Below, one piece after another: positions 47,730 to 60,004 of a DNA stretch of 64,000 nucleotides. The stretch is from contig NC_058368.1 of NCBI RefSeq assembly GCF_018350175.1, positions 87,856,001-87,920,000 on the forward strand, written 5' to 3'. The first letter of the stretch is position 1, and every line of letters begins with the position of its first letter. Source of the stretch: Felis catus (taxonomy: Eukaryota). Under the pieces are notes generated by a model. The model did no database searches, was not told the DNA's origin, and saw only the letters and a program-made list of their open reading frames with translations. Position numbers and translations under genes: made by a program.

Positions 47730-48089
47730 CCTGGAAGGAGGCAGCTGCAGAGGAGGCCGGGTCTCGGGTGAGGCCACAGCGGTACTCCCCCTGGTCCTCC
47801 GCTGAGAAGCCCCGTATCACCAGCGTCCGCCGCTGACCCTGGCAGAGAACCTGGAAGCGCCCGCTGGGTTGGATGACCTCCGCCCCCTTCAGCCACACCA
47901 CCTCGCCCGCCTCGGCCACCTCACACTCCAGACACACGTCCTCGCCGGCAGCCACCTGCCGGCTCTCGGGAGTGGGAGGTGTGGGAGCTGGGTGCGCAGG
48001 AACCGGGGCCACAGGCACGGGGACTGAAGACACTGGGGCGGGGACCGCAGGCACGGGGGCGCTGGCCGCAGGCACTGGTTCCAGGGGCT
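47730..48089 (-). CDS. OBSCN: OBSCN exon, Pro/Ala linker + Ig (EPLEPVPAAS...EDQGEYRC...SFQ)
   Basis: ORF 47707..48108; gcag/gtgtgt. Confidence 0.92.
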
Positions 48090-48204
48090 CTGCCAGAAAC
48101 AAAGCCACTTCAGAAAGGACGCGCTGGGGCTCTCCAGCTTGGGGAGGTCTGGAGCGCTCCAGGCGGGACTACCACCACCCACCTTAGGAAGGCCAACCAC
48201 TCAC

Positions 48205-48492
48205 CGAGCTTCACTGTCTGCGGCAGGTGCACGGGCTCCCCAGCCCCCGCTGGGCCCACTGCTGCCACGCGGAAGCGGTAGGTCTCCCCAGGGGCCAGGC
48301 CATCCACCACGCACTCAGGCCCAGGCACCAGCTCATGGCACAGCCGCCACTCGCCTGTGGCCGCCGCCTTCATCTCCACCCTATAGCCGCAGAGACCGCC
48401 ACCACCGTCGCTTGCAGGCGCCACCCAGGACAGCGTTACCGAACGGCCGCTGCGCGCCACCACCTCTGCGTCCTCTGGAGGGTCTGGGAGGC
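48205..48492 (-). CDS. OBSCN: OBSCN exon, Fn3 (GLPDPPEDAEVV...YRFRVAAV...TVKL)
   Basis: tag/gtgagt. Confidence 0.95.
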
Positions 48493-48764
48493 CTACGGGG
48501 ACGGAGCTGGTCAGTGGAGGCTCCCGGTCGCGCCCGCGGGTGCCCAGCCCTGCCTGCCTGGTTTCTGATCCTGGGGTGAGAAGTGGGCGCTGGCCCGTGA
48601 GCCCCTGTACTTGGTGGCCCCGACCGTCTGAGAGCGCAAAGGTCGTGCACTTCAGAGCCAGGGAGAGAGTGTACCCTGAGCCTACCTGGATGGCAGCCTC
48701 TGGGGCTGGAACAGCAGAACCCTGGTCGCAACCTGCCTGCCGGCAGGCGGCCCAAACCACCTAC

Positions 48765-49040
48765 CTAGCACGGTGAGCCGCGCGGAGGCCACAGCGTCAC
48801 GGGCGGCGAAGGTGACCTCGCCAGCGTGCTGTGGCTGGGCACTGCGCAGCTGCAGGGTGTGGTGGCTGCCGTCGGCGGTGACCGTCCAGTTGCGGTCGTC
48901 CGGCTGCACGGCGGCCCCGTTGATGTACCACGTCGCCTCGCCCACCGGCACCGCCTCACTGAGCGTGCAGCTGAAGCGGACCTGCCCACCGGCTCGCACG
49001 GCCGCGTCCTGCGGGGACTCCAGTACCTCCAGGCGCCAGC
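48765..49040 (-). CDS. OBSCN: OBSCN exon, Ig59-equivalent (GWRLEVLESPQDAAVRAG...)
   Basis: cag/gtaggt. Confidence 0.95.
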   Translation of the reverse strand, partial: AGAWRYWSPRRTRPCEPVGRSASAARSVRRCRWARRRGTSTGPPCSRTTATGRSPPTAATTPCSCAVPSHSTLARSPSPPVTLWPPRGSPC

Positions 49041-49362
49041 CTGCGGGGGCCGGGGTATGTGGTGAGCGCGCCGGCCTGGAGGCAGGTCTGGGAAACCTCC
49101 CGGCCACCGGGTCCCGCCAGCCCCGCCCCCCTGCTCCTGGCAGAGGAGGAGGCCCAGATCTGGCAGGAGGGGTCTCAAAAGACCGACGCCCCCCCTCCAC
49201 CGCCAACGTCCTCAGCCCCCAGCCCTGTACCTCCACAGCGGAGGATGCGGTGGGAGGGGTCTCAGAGACCCCACACACCTGCTGAGCGGCAGCCGGTGGG
49301 AGGGGTCTCCAGATACACGCCCCCCCCCCCGCGAGGCCTCAGCCCCGCCCCGCACCCCTAAC

Positions 49363-49635
49363 CTCTGACTGTGAGGAACGCGGACGTCACCACGTCCCCT
49401 GCCAGGAAGGTCACCCGGCAGCTGTCCTGCGGCCGCAGGTTCTTGAGCAGCAGCAGGTGCCGCAGGCCGTTCTCGAAGTAGACCACCTCCGCGTTCTCGG
49501 AGGTTCGCACAGGCTCATCGTCCAGCAACCAGGTGTGGGCGGCCACCTCGGGGCGGGACAGCTGGCACTCGAACAGCGCCTCGCCGCCTTCGAGTGCGTC
49601 CACGTTCTCCAGGCCGCGCACCACTGTGTTCTTGG
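49363..49635 (-). CDS. OBSCN: OBSCN exon, Ig58-equivalent (AKNTVVRGLENVDALEGG...)
   Basis: cag/gttagg. Confidence 0.95.
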
Positions 49636-51459
49636 CTGTGGGGAAGGCAGCGGCTCAGGGTGCGCTGGGGCCTCCTCTGCCCCAGGGCCCCCTGCAGAGT
49701 TATGTGGAAGAGCCCACCCCCATTAGAAGGGCTTAAGGGCTGACCAGCATGTGGCCCAGTGGAGGGCAGTGCACGGTGTCCACATGGGGCCACCACGGGG
49801 GCCTCTTGAGGCCCTGCCCACTCCCATACCATCACCATGCTGGTAGCTTGCCTTGGCTGGTGGCCAGGGAGGGGGTGCTTCTCCACACCAGACAGGTGAG
49901 AAGCCTCACAGGTATTCCCAAAGCTGCCCAGCCCACAGCCAGGCTCAAACCCTGCCCCCAGCAAGAGTTATATGCCCCTGCCCAGGTTGCAGCGTGGGAC
50001 TCTGAAAATGGCCCCCTTTCTTCCCAATCCTCAGTCAGCGCTATCAGACATGCTGGGCTGCTCCCCTCACTCACAGGGACCAGAGAGACCCCTGCCCTAC
50101 TTCCCCACCCCTCTCCAGCTCTCTCGTTCGCACAGTACACCAGACTTAATAAGTGGATGTGTGTTTGATGTGTTAAGCCATGAGCTCAGGACTGGGCTTG
50201 CCTGGCCCCAACAGCAGCCCAGGCTTACCACCTGCCACGGCCCATTCCCATGATACACCACCTGTACAGCAAGTGATGCCAGTGGGAAGTCTGAGCAACT
50301 TCCTGGAGGAGGAAGAATCTCAGGCTGGGCATGACTGAGCTGGGCAGGGCACATGTGAGGCAGGAAAGGAGAACCAGGTGACCCAGGACTGGTCTGGATG
50401 CTGGGAAGGGTGTGACCTTGACCCACATGACTTTAGGAAGCCGCTACAGAGCCTGACCTGGGCAATGGGGGATGGGGCAACCACAGCCCCAACTGCTCTC
50501 TGGGATACATACCCAACTAGAACCTATTCACAGCCCTAGTGCTCAATCCCAGCTTATCCACAGAGTACACATGCCCTGCAGGTAGGGGCATCTGCTCTGG
50601 ACACGAAGCCCCAGGGAGTGAATGGGGCAGGGCATCTCAGAGCAGACACCCCCACAGGACCCACCCATGTCTCTCTTCTGGCCACCGTCCCACTCCCGGG
50701 CTCCTCATACCACAGACCAGACTTCCCCACATCCCAGCTCCTTTCCTGCCCACATCAGAATCAACAGCACCAATGGGGGTTAGACATCCCAGATGTCAAA
50801 GCAGCAGTGAGCCCCTGCCCTTTCTGCCTCTCTGGGCTCCACTGTACCCTACCCATCCCAGATGGTCTCATGCCTCAGCTGCACCCCGCCTTCCTCAGGT
50901 CTGGGCTCAAAGGGCAGCCCCTCCCCATAGCTGCTGTCACGTCTAACTTCAGCTCCCAGAGGGACAGCCCCCTGCAGGGAGGGATTGCTGCCTTTCCGAG
51001 CTGTGCCTCCTGGGACCGGAAAAAGGTGCTTTAAAAAACGTCACTGTTTACAGAACCAGGACCTGCTTGTCCTGGCTTGGATGGCCCTCTCACTAATGCC
51101 TCCAGATCACTCCTCACTGGGCAGTGTTCCGATCTTCCCAACCAGGAACTGGCAGCGGCCAAATGATGTCCCTCCCCTGGGGGCTGCAGTCAACTGCCCC
51201 CCCCACCCCTGGTCCCCCACACGGTATCCTTGTTGTGTGCAGACAGGGACACAGGGCTCCAGTGCCCCACCTAAGATCAGGGACTCAGGGCATGCAGCCC
51301 AGTACCCCCGTCCTGTCCCATCAGGCAGCTCCAGGAAGAGCAGGGGCCTGCCTGTTGGGGCCCTGTCTTTCCAGCATGGCCACATAATACTGACTGTCAC
51401 ACCCGCCTCTGCACCAGGAAGGATGGCCCCAACCACGCTGGAGCCGTGCAAGGCCTCAC

Positions 51460-51726
51460 CTTGCACCTGCAGCAGGGCCACCACACGGGTGCCCGCAGCC
51501 TCACAAGAATAGATGCCACTGTCGCAGGGCAAGGCCGGCCTGAATGACAGCCTGGCCACGGTCCAGTCCTGCTCTATGATGACACGGCGCCCGTCAGCGC
51601 ACACCTCCTGCTCGTCCATCTTCCACGTGGCCTGCACAGGCCTCGAGTACTGGCAGAGGAGCTCGGCTGGGCCACCCTCCTCCACGGCCAGGTCCTGCAT
51701 GGCACTGACCACCTCCACCGTGGGAT
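51460..51726 (-). CDS. OBSCN: OBSCN Ig exon (DPTVEVVSAMQDL...DSGIYSC...LQVQ), probable cassette
   Basis: ORF 51107..51718; cag/gtgagg; phase 1-1. Confidence 0.88.
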
Positions 51727-52685
51727 CTGTCGGCCGACACCCCGGTCATGTGTCAGCTGGTGCAGCGTGGCTGCACCCCACCCACCCTCTGCTCTCAGCA
51801 GCTCAGCAGCAAGCAAGCGGTGTTGGGCGGGGGGGGGGGGGGGGGGGGGGAGGGGGCTGCGGCAGGAGGAGAACCCATCGCGGCAGCCCAGGGCCCTCCT
51901 CATGGGGGAAGCTGTGCCCTCCCTGGGGTAGATGGCACTGGAGGCTTGGCCTCTGTCGGGGCTGGGCCCTTCCTGAACCTTCTGCCTCCCTCCCCAGCCC
52001 TGGCCCAGGGCATGCTTTGCCTCAGCAGGGGCACAACACCCCTGCTCAGGGTCTATGAACTCTGCTGGGCCCATGGCACCCCCAGGGGCCTCGCCAACCT
52101 CAGGGTCCCTGTCCCATCTCAGCCTGCTGAAATCCTACTCAACAACTGATCTGCCCCTTGGACATGGGTGAATGTCTGCACTTATTCCACAGAAGCACCG
52201 AGTGAAGCCTTGTTGGCCAGCCATCCTGGAGGACCGGACACCCCACTGTCATCCTCCCCAAAGATGGATCTTTCCCAGATGGTCACAGGACCCCAACTGA
52301 GCCCACAGCAAGGGAAGCAGTGGTGAGCAGGGACAGAGCAGGCCAGGCCCAGGACCAGGAAGGGGGCTCTCACTCCCCAGCTGCCCTCTGGGCAAGCACC
52401 TGAGGGATAGACAGCCACAGAATGGTGACCAGGCAGGAAGCCAGGCCTGGCGCCCCACAGGGAGGTGGGCATGGGATTGGCTTCACCTCTCCCCAGCCTG
52501 GCCTCCTCCTCCACAAATTGGGACAGCAGACCTCCCACCATGCCTGCCCACGGCACACACAGAGCGATGCCCAGCTCGAGTCCTGGGGCCAGCCCTGGAC
52601 CCGGCACCCTGGGAGCCCGCAGCAAGCGTTCAGGGTCAGCAGGTACAGAAGCATCAGCTCAGGGCAGGGTCCCATTGGCCAATAC

Positions 52686-52958
52686 CTTTGACCAACAACT
52701 TGGCCGTGGAAACCAGGGGCCCTGCACGGTAGGTGACGGTGCCTGAGTCAGCAACCCCCAGGCCCGAGAGTGTGAGGGAGTGGAAGGTCCCGTCACGCAC
52801 GGAGATAGCACTCTGGGGACCATCCTGCAGCAGGGTGCCATCCAGCCACCAGCGGGCCTCCGGCCCCCCCGCACGGGACACCTCACAGGAGAATGTGGCC
52901 ACCTCCCCCGCAAAGACGTCCACGTTCTGCAAGCCACGTACCAGGCGTGGTGCTGCCT
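52686..52958 (-). CDS. OBSCN: OBSCN Ig exon (EAAPRLVRGLQNVDV...LLVK), probable cassette
   Basis: ORF 52654..53121; cag/gtattg; phase 1-1. Confidence 0.88.
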
Positions 52959-54194
52959 CTGTGCAAGAGGGCAAAAGGAGGGGGTCTAGGCACCCTGGGT
53001 CTGTGGAGCCAACCTGGGGTCTGCAGAGGCTGCCTTGGGGCTGAGACAAGAGGTCCACCCAGGCCAGCTGACCCACCTTGCTTGCAGAATGAGACACAGA
53101 AACCACCCACAGCAAGCCCATGGGAGGGCAGCTTAGCCCCCTGTACCCAACACCCCCACTGGGACATGTCCTGTTTCACCACAGGAGACTGGTCACCTGC
53201 ATCCACACCCTTTTCAGGAGGCAGAGCAGACAAGCCCTAAGGCTCCAATCCTTGGGGGGTGGGGGTGGGGTGGGAAGAAGTCATGGGGCCCCCTGCTCCC
53301 ATAAAGTGCGGGATCTCCCTTGGGAAGTAAGACTGCCATCCCTGGGCGTTTGGAAGTAGATGTTTCTCCTGTCCCCAGAGGTCCATTTACCCAGACGTGC
53401 CCCGAGGTCCTTCCAGCCCTCAGATTCTGGGGCCCTAATGTTGCATGGCAACTGACCCTTGCCCTGTCACACAGTGGGGCTTGAACCCAGGGGATTCCCA
53501 GATGCAGACGATGCCTGCTGTGTACCCCTGTACCCACCATGGCTGGGCCCTCCTGCAGAAGACCCCCCATACCCTTCCCAGGGTACACCATTGATATTCC
53601 AGCCCCCACCTTCCCTCCTATCCTCTCCCAAAAGTGCACACCTGACCATGTCCCCACCCTACTACATCATCTCCCCATTCTCGTCTCCCAACAGAGCTCC
53701 CAAGCTTGTCCATATACCACCTACCAGGACACCCATTTGTACCCCACCCCCATGCTCATGGCCCTCCCATAAGACCATGGCCAGGTATCTTTACATCATT
53801 CAGCACACTTCAACTGGGGACACCAGGCCAAGAGGGGCCAAGGCACAGCCCTCAGTGGGACCTGTAAGGCTCAATCCACTCCCACGCTGCCCCCTCACAG
53901 ACACCCACTCTTAAGAACATACAGGCCCTTCCTGGACCCACCTGGATCACAACACCCAGGATACTTCCCCTCTCCCATCACTCAGCTGGAGGGCACTGCA
54001 CTCTGGTGCCTTTCTCAGCCCCACAGTTCACAGAGCTGACTGCGTCTGTCCACCCTCTCAAGATCTGGGCTGGTGGGGCACCTGAGACTCAGGACACACT
54101 CCATCTCTATGTCTAACTCTACCAGCAGACTGGGGACTCCCTGATGGCACAGCTTCAGGCCCTCTCCAGGTAGAGGCATGTAGGGTAGATTGAT

Positions 54195-54795
54195 GCCGGG
54201 TGGATGGATGGATGTCCATGGATGGATGGTGGGTGAACAGATGGATGGTAAGTGAGCAGATGGATGATAGGTGGTAGATGGATGAGTGGATGGATAATGG
54301 ATGAACAGATGGACAGTAAATGAACAGACGGATGGTGGACAGATAGATGAGCAGTAGATAGATGGGTGAATGAAGGATGGTTGGATGAATGGTAGATGCA
54401 TAAATGTTGGGTGGGTAGATGAGCAGATAAACGGATGATAAATGGACAAAAAGACAGGTGGTGAATGTGTAATGGATGAATGTGTAGATGAATGATAGAT
54501 GGTGGATGGATGAATCATGGATGAATAGATGGTAGATAGATGAGCAAATATGTAAGTGGATGGTGATTGGACAGATGGATTGGTGGTGGATGGAAGAGTA
54601 GATGGACAACAGATGGATAGATGGATGGTAAATGAAAGCATGGATGGATGGATGGATGGATGGATGGATAGTAGGTGGGTGAATGGTAGATGAATGGATA
54701 AGCATATAGGTAAACAGATGATACATGGACAAAAACATGGGTGGTGAACGTGTAGTGGATGGACATGTAGATGAATGATGGATGGTGGATGCATG
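54195..54795. repeat. Degenerate (TGGA/TAGA)n simple repeat
   Basis: direct inspection. Confidence 0.9.
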
Positions 54796-55307
54796 GGGCC
54801 AGCTTGACAACCAGGAGTAAGACAGCACAGGAGAAGCTCTCAGGGTCAGGCACTCAGAGAGATGACCAGCTCTGGGGACAAAGTATAACCCAAGTTGAAG
54901 GCCTTTAGGTCCTCCCTACATGCCTGGGACCTTGTATGCTGTTGTATAAAACCATATGTGTCACTTGGAAACCTGTGGATGTGCAGGCATGTATCAATGT
55001 AGACATGATTATCTACATGGCACACACAGGCGTGTGCCACAAGAGTAGACATTCACAGGGGAGAAATCCCAAAGGCCCAGGCCCACATCTCCCTCCTGTG
55101 GACAGCACTAATCCAATACTGGGATCCCCCACACACTATCCTTCTGGTGTGTGACTTTAGCCATCAAGGGGTGGACGGTCACCATCCCAAGGTAAGATCA
55201 CCTCTGGAAGGCATTGGCTTCTGGCCACACCACTGCCAATAGCTCCCCAACTAAGGAAATACAGACATCCGCAAGCAAGGGGCTGGTTAGGAGAGGGGGC
55301 TGCCCAC

Positions 55308-55383
55308 CTGTGACCTTCAGCTGGGCTTCTGAGCTACATGAGCCCACTTGGAAGCTGATGGTTCCCGCATCTTCCAGGGTCAC
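55308..55383 (-). CDS. OBSCN: OBSCN exon, Ig second half (VTLEDAGTISFQVGSCSSEAQLKVT)
   Basis: cag/gtgggc. Confidence 0.93.
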
Positions 55384-55419
55384 CTGCAGGAGAGAGGGGG
55401 TCTATTCCATCTCTGCAGG

Positions 55420-55940
55420 CCTCCAGCCAGGTCCGAATGGAGTGGGAACCTCCCCTCCACTCCCCAGGGAGCACCATGGCTGGCCCCCAACCAGGTCTGA
55501 ATGGAGTGGGAGCTTCCCCCCCCCCACTCCCCAGGGAGTACCATGGCTGGCCCCCAAACAGGTCCGAATGGAGTGGGAGCCTTCCCCCCCACTCCCCAGA
55601 AAGCACCATGGCTGGCCCCCAACCAGTTCTGAATGGAGTGGGAACCTCCCCCCGGCCATTACCCAGAGAGCACCTCAGCTGGCTCCCAGCCAGGTCTTAA
55701 TGGAGTGGGAGCGTTCCTCCCCACTCCCCAGGGAGCACCATGGCTAGCTCCCAGCCAGGTCTGAATGGAGTAGGAGCCTTCTCCCCCAGTCCCCAGGGAG
55801 CAACCCGGCTGGCCCCCAGCCAGGTCTGAATGGAGTGGTAATCTATCCCCCCCCCACTCCCCAGGGAGCACCGTGGCTGGCCCCCAGCCAGGTCTGAATG
55901 GAGTGGGAGACTTCCCCCCACTCCCCAGGGAGCACCATGA
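55420..55940. repeat. 64-68-bp minisatellite, 8 copies
   Basis: ccaggtctgaatggagtggg-like core at ~55427, 55491, 55558, 55623, 55690, 55755, 55820, 55888. Confidence 0.93.
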
Positions 55941-55965
55941 ATGGGGCAGGACCCAGAGAAGCCAC

Positions 55966-56162
55966 CTTGTGCAGGGTGAGCAGATGCAGTGTGCCATGCT
56001 CCACGGTGATGTCATTCATCTCATTGGCCTGCAGAGGCACCCCTCCCAGGGCCCAGCGGGCCTCCTGGCCGCAGGCCCTGGATAGCTGGCACCGGAAGTG
56101 GGCGTCCTGGCCCTCACTGAGCTGTACATCCTGCAGGGGCTCCAGGATGCTCACATCAGGGA
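55966..56162 (-). CDS. OBSCN: OBSCN exon, Ig first part (VPDVSILEPLQDVQLSEG...LTLHK)
   Basis: cag/gtggct; phase 1 to 0. Confidence 0.93.
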
Positions 56163-56410
56163 CTGCACAGCGGACACACAGTGTGGGCCTCAGCATCTGG
56201 GATGCCACTGCCCACTGTCAGGGGTGCCTCCCAGCACCCCATCCCACTTCCTGAACACAAGCATGTGGGGCACCCCTCCATCACACCTCCACTGTCCCCA
56301 AGTCACCCCTCACAGGGCCGTCTCCCCACCCGTCCCTCAGACCCGGGGGCAAGGACCCCAGCATTTGTCTCTGGCATACAGAGGGCTTGAGCTTGTGTGG
56401 CACCCATTAC

Positions 56411-56683
56411 CTCGGACAGTGAGCTGGGCAGAGGATGTGTGGGCGCCCACGTGGAAGGAGACGGTGCCCGCATCCTCAGGGGTCACGCCCTTCAGCCGCA
56501 GCGTGTGGGTGCGGCCACCCCGCACGGCCAGCTCTGTCACCTCGTTGTTCTGTAGTGGCAGGCCCTGGAGGTGCCACTCCACAGCCATGGCCCCAGCCCG
56601 TGACACCTCACAACTGAACTCCACCTCCCCGTCGACCTGCACCTCGGCATCCTCCAGCCCCCGCACAATGGTCACCTCGGGCT
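56411..56683 (-). CDS. OBSCN: OBSCN Ig exon (EPEVTIVRGLEDAEV...LTVR)
   Basis: cag/gtaatg. Confidence 0.94.
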
Positions 56684-57109
56684 CTGGGGGGTGTAGGCAA
56701 TGGGGTCCCTTTACCAGCCACACCAGTGCACCAGGCCCACCTCCCACTCCCCTCCTCCAGCAAGTCTTCTTGAACATCCTCCCACTCTGCCTCTATTTGC
56801 CACGCACAACCTTTGTCTCCATGACACTTAAGTCTGGGCACTCAGAAGAAGCAGAGGGGTTGTGGGGTGGGGGGCTGCCTCTGTCCACCCCCACCCTGTG
56901 GCCAACCCCAGCAGGGAGGCAAGCCCTTCAGGAAGTCCTAGGACATGCTGTCCCCCTGCATGCTGGGGCCACCCACACCAGAGTGAGCAGAAAGGAGAAG
57001 AGCCTGTAACTGCAAAGGCCTCAGAGCCACGTCCAGAGGGGCGCTTGGCCCTAGTGGGTGCCAGGCCAAGTGTTCCCCCAGAGCAGTGGGTGTGGCATGG
57101 ATGGCTCAC

Positions 57110-57382
57110 CTTTGACCATGACAGAAGCCATGGTTTTCTGACCACCGGCCATGCAGACGTACTCGCCCGTGTCCTTGGCCTCCAGCCCATGGATCAGCAG
57201 CTCGCACATGGTCCCCACACGCCGTATCTCATACTTGGGACTCACATGCAGCTCCACACCCTCCTTGAGCCACTGCACTGGGACTCTAGGCTCTGCCTCA
57301 CTCAGCTGGCAGCGTAACTGGGCCACACCGCCGGCCTCCTGCTCCATGCTCTGCAGCTCCATCTGGAATGTGGGCCTAGGGG
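57110..57382 (-). CDS. OBSCN: OBSCN Ig exon (APRPTFQMELQS...DTGEYVC...MVK)
   Basis: cag/gtgagc. Confidence 0.93.
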
Positions 57383-57486
57383 CTGGGGGGCCAGGGAGGG
57401 GTGCTTAGGCCTGGTGAGCACAGTGCCCACTGCTCCCAGGGTGGGGGTGAGACCCCAAGGAGGGCAGGAGCCGCTGAGCAGCTCAC

Positions 57487-57753
57487 CTCGGATAGAGAGG
57501 CTGGCTGTGCTCTGTGCATGGCCCGTGTCACAGGTATAGTGGCCAGCATCCTCCTGCTCAGTGTGGTGCACCCACAGCTCGGCAGCCCTTCCCTCCTGCA
57601 CCATCTGGTACTTGGCACAAGGGAAGAGCTGCAGGGAGTCCTTGCGCCACTCCACACTAGCACCCTCTTGGCTCAGCTCACAGCGCAGGTGGGCAGTGGC
57701 ACCTTCATCCACCTCCTGGGCCTGCAGCTCCCGGAGAAAGCGCACCGGTGCAG
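57487..57753 (-). CDS. OBSCN: OBSCN Ig exon (AAPVRFLRELQAQEV...EDAGHYTC...SIR)
   Basis: tag/gtgagc. Confidence 0.94.
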
Positions 57754-57789
57754 CTACAGGGAAGCAGGGCAGCGTGAGGGCAGGTGCAG

Positions 57790-58300
57790 GGGAAGCTATG
57801 GGAGTGCAGGGAGACCACAGGGGTGCAGCTATGGGAGTGCAGGGAGACCACAGGGGTGCAGCTATGGGAGTGCAGGGAGACCACAGGGGTGCAGCTATGG
57901 AAGCACAGGGAGACATCACAGGGGTGCAGTTATGGGAGTGCAGGGGGAGACCATGGGGGTGCAGTTATGGGAGTGCAGGGAGAGACACGGGGTGCAGTTA
58001 TGGGAGTGCAGAGAGACCACGGGTACACCTATGGGGTGCAGGGGGACCAAGGGTGCAGCTATAGGAGTGCAGGGGGACCAAGGGTGCAGCTATGGGGTGC
58101 AGGGGGACCATGAGGGTGCAGCTATGGGAGTGCAGGGAGACCACAGGTACAACTATGGGGTGCAAGGGGACCATGAGGGTGCAGCAATGGGAGTGCAGGT
58201 AGAGACCATGGGGGTGCAGCTAAGGGAGTGCAAGGAGAGACCACAGGAGTGCAGCTGTGGAGTGCAGGGAGACCACAGGGGCACAGCTATGGGGATTAGA
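57790..58300. repeat. ~33-bp minisatellite (~15 copies, degenerating toward higher coordinates)
   Basis: gctatgggagtgcagggagaccacaggggtgca. Confidence 0.94.
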
Positions 58301-58557
58301 GAGAAAGTGAGGGCAAGACCCAGGGTTCCCACAAGGGTGCATGGGGGAACCACAGGGGTGTGGCTGCAGGGGGTAGGGGTAGCCTCAGGGGCTCAGCTAC
58401 CAGGGTAGGAATCATGGGGGCTGAGGCTCCTGCTAGGCCTGATATGTCTACAGGAGCCCCTATCCCCCAAGGGACTCCCAGGGAGGCGCTGCCCCCAGAG
58501 GCCCAGCCCAAAGCACAAGGGACTTGCCCCTGGGACAGGTGTTACCTTGGGGCCCAC

Positions 58558-58824
58558 CTGTAACGGTGAGGGTAGCACTGGTGGCCTGGGGTCCACAGGC
58601 ACAAGTGTACTCGCCCGCATCCTCTCTGCGCAGGTCCCACAGCACGAGCTCTGCAGTGTAGCCCCGCTGCCGAGGCTCCCAGCGCCCATCAGCCTGCAGC
58701 TCCAGGCCCCCCTTGCTCCAGACCACAGCAGCATTGGGCTGGGAAAGCTCACACCGCAGTGTGGCCGAGGCACCCTCTTCAGCCTGCACACTCCTGAGTG
58801 GCTCTCTGAATACCACTTGTGGGG
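58558..58824 (-). CDS. OBSCN: OBSCN Ig exon (APQVVFREPLRSV...EDAGEYTC...TVT)
   Basis: cag/gtgggc. Confidence 0.94.
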
Positions 58825-59140
58825 CTGCAGGGAAGCGGTGCAGAGGGGAGATACAGTCAGCCCAAGAGGGGAGCACCCACACCCAACTGGACCCAATGAG
58901 GGCAGGAAACCTGGACAGGTTGGTATAAGGTAGGAGGGGGACACCAGGTGGGGATTCTACCCCACCAGCAGGATGACCACGTGAGGCCACAAGGATGGGG
59001 GTCAGTGAGCGGACAAAATCAACTGGCAAAGTGAGTGAACATGGCACAGAGCAGATAAGAGCCTAAGACACAGTGGTGATGCAGAGACATATACAAGGAC
59101 AGGCATGCGTGCAGTCCACCTGGCCACACACAGTCTTTAC

Positions 59141-59404
59141 CCCTGACGGTCACCGTGGCTGACGTTCTCTCCTGCCCGCATACACACGAGTACTCCCCGG
59201 AATCTGCCACGGCCAGGTCACGGATCTCCAGCTCACACACCGTCCCATCCTGTCTCAGGCTCACTCTGTCCCCGGTTCTGAGGGTCTCAGACCCCTTCTT
59301 CCACTCCACGGGGACCGCCTTGCTCAGCTCACAGCGCAGCGTGGCCGAGGCCCCTTCCGTGGCCTCTTCCTTCCTCAGGCTCTTTGTGAACTTGGCGGGC
59401 AGGG
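59141..59404 (-). CDS. OBSCN: OBSCN tandem-array Ig exon (ALPAKFTKSL...DSGEYSCVCGQERTSATVTVR)
   Basis: 264 nt; cag/gtaaag; phase 1-1. Confidence 0.92.
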
Positions 59405-59740
59405 CTGGGGAGAGCCAAGGATCAGGAGGACTCCAGGCTGTCTCGAGGACTCTATGTCCAGGACGAGACACCCACAAGCACCACACAAACTGCCCAGGGC
59501 CACAACACGAATGAGTGAATGGCGCACAGAGTGGGTGAGGAAACAGTCCAGGAAAGGCAAACACTAGCCTGGACACAGACACCAGAACAAATACTTGACA
59601 AGGAGATGGAGGCTTGGAGTTCCCAGGGGGACACAGCTGGAGACACACAGATGCCCACAGTCTGACAAGGAGAAGGTGGTGATAATGGACAACATGCAGA
59701 CACCAAGACATTGGCCCACGTGGCCACACATGACCTTTAC

Positions 59741-60004
59741 CCCTGACAGTCAGCATGGCCGATGTCCTCTCCTGCCCGCACACACACGAGTACTCCCCAG
59801 CATCCTCCATGGCCACACCACGGATCTCCAGCTCACACATGTTTCCGTCCTGCTTCAGGCTGACTCTGTCTCCAACTCTGAGGGTCGCGGACCCCTTCTT
59901 CCACTCCACAGGGGATGCCTTGCTTAACTCACAGTGTAGCTTTGCCGTGGCCCCTTCCATGGCCTCTTCCTTTCTCAGGCTCTTTGTGAACTTGGCAGGC
60001 ATGG
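59741..60004 (-). CDS. OBSCN: OBSCN tandem-array Ig exon
   Basis: 264 nt; cag/gtaaag; open frame. Confidence 0.9.

Noticed and set aside
48765..49635. Possible human cardiomyopathy-variant residues in Ig58/59 (R4344, R4444, A4484)
   Set aside because: By my count from recalled human numbering, the reference residues (VVR, AVR, TVTA) are retained
51829..51856. Run of about 22 G
   Set aside because: Simple homopolymer, length unreliable in assemblies
55420..55940. CRISPR-like repeat-spacer array (also considered for the other minisatellites)
   Set aside because: Eukaryotic intron, units homologous along their full length, no unique spacers or cas genes
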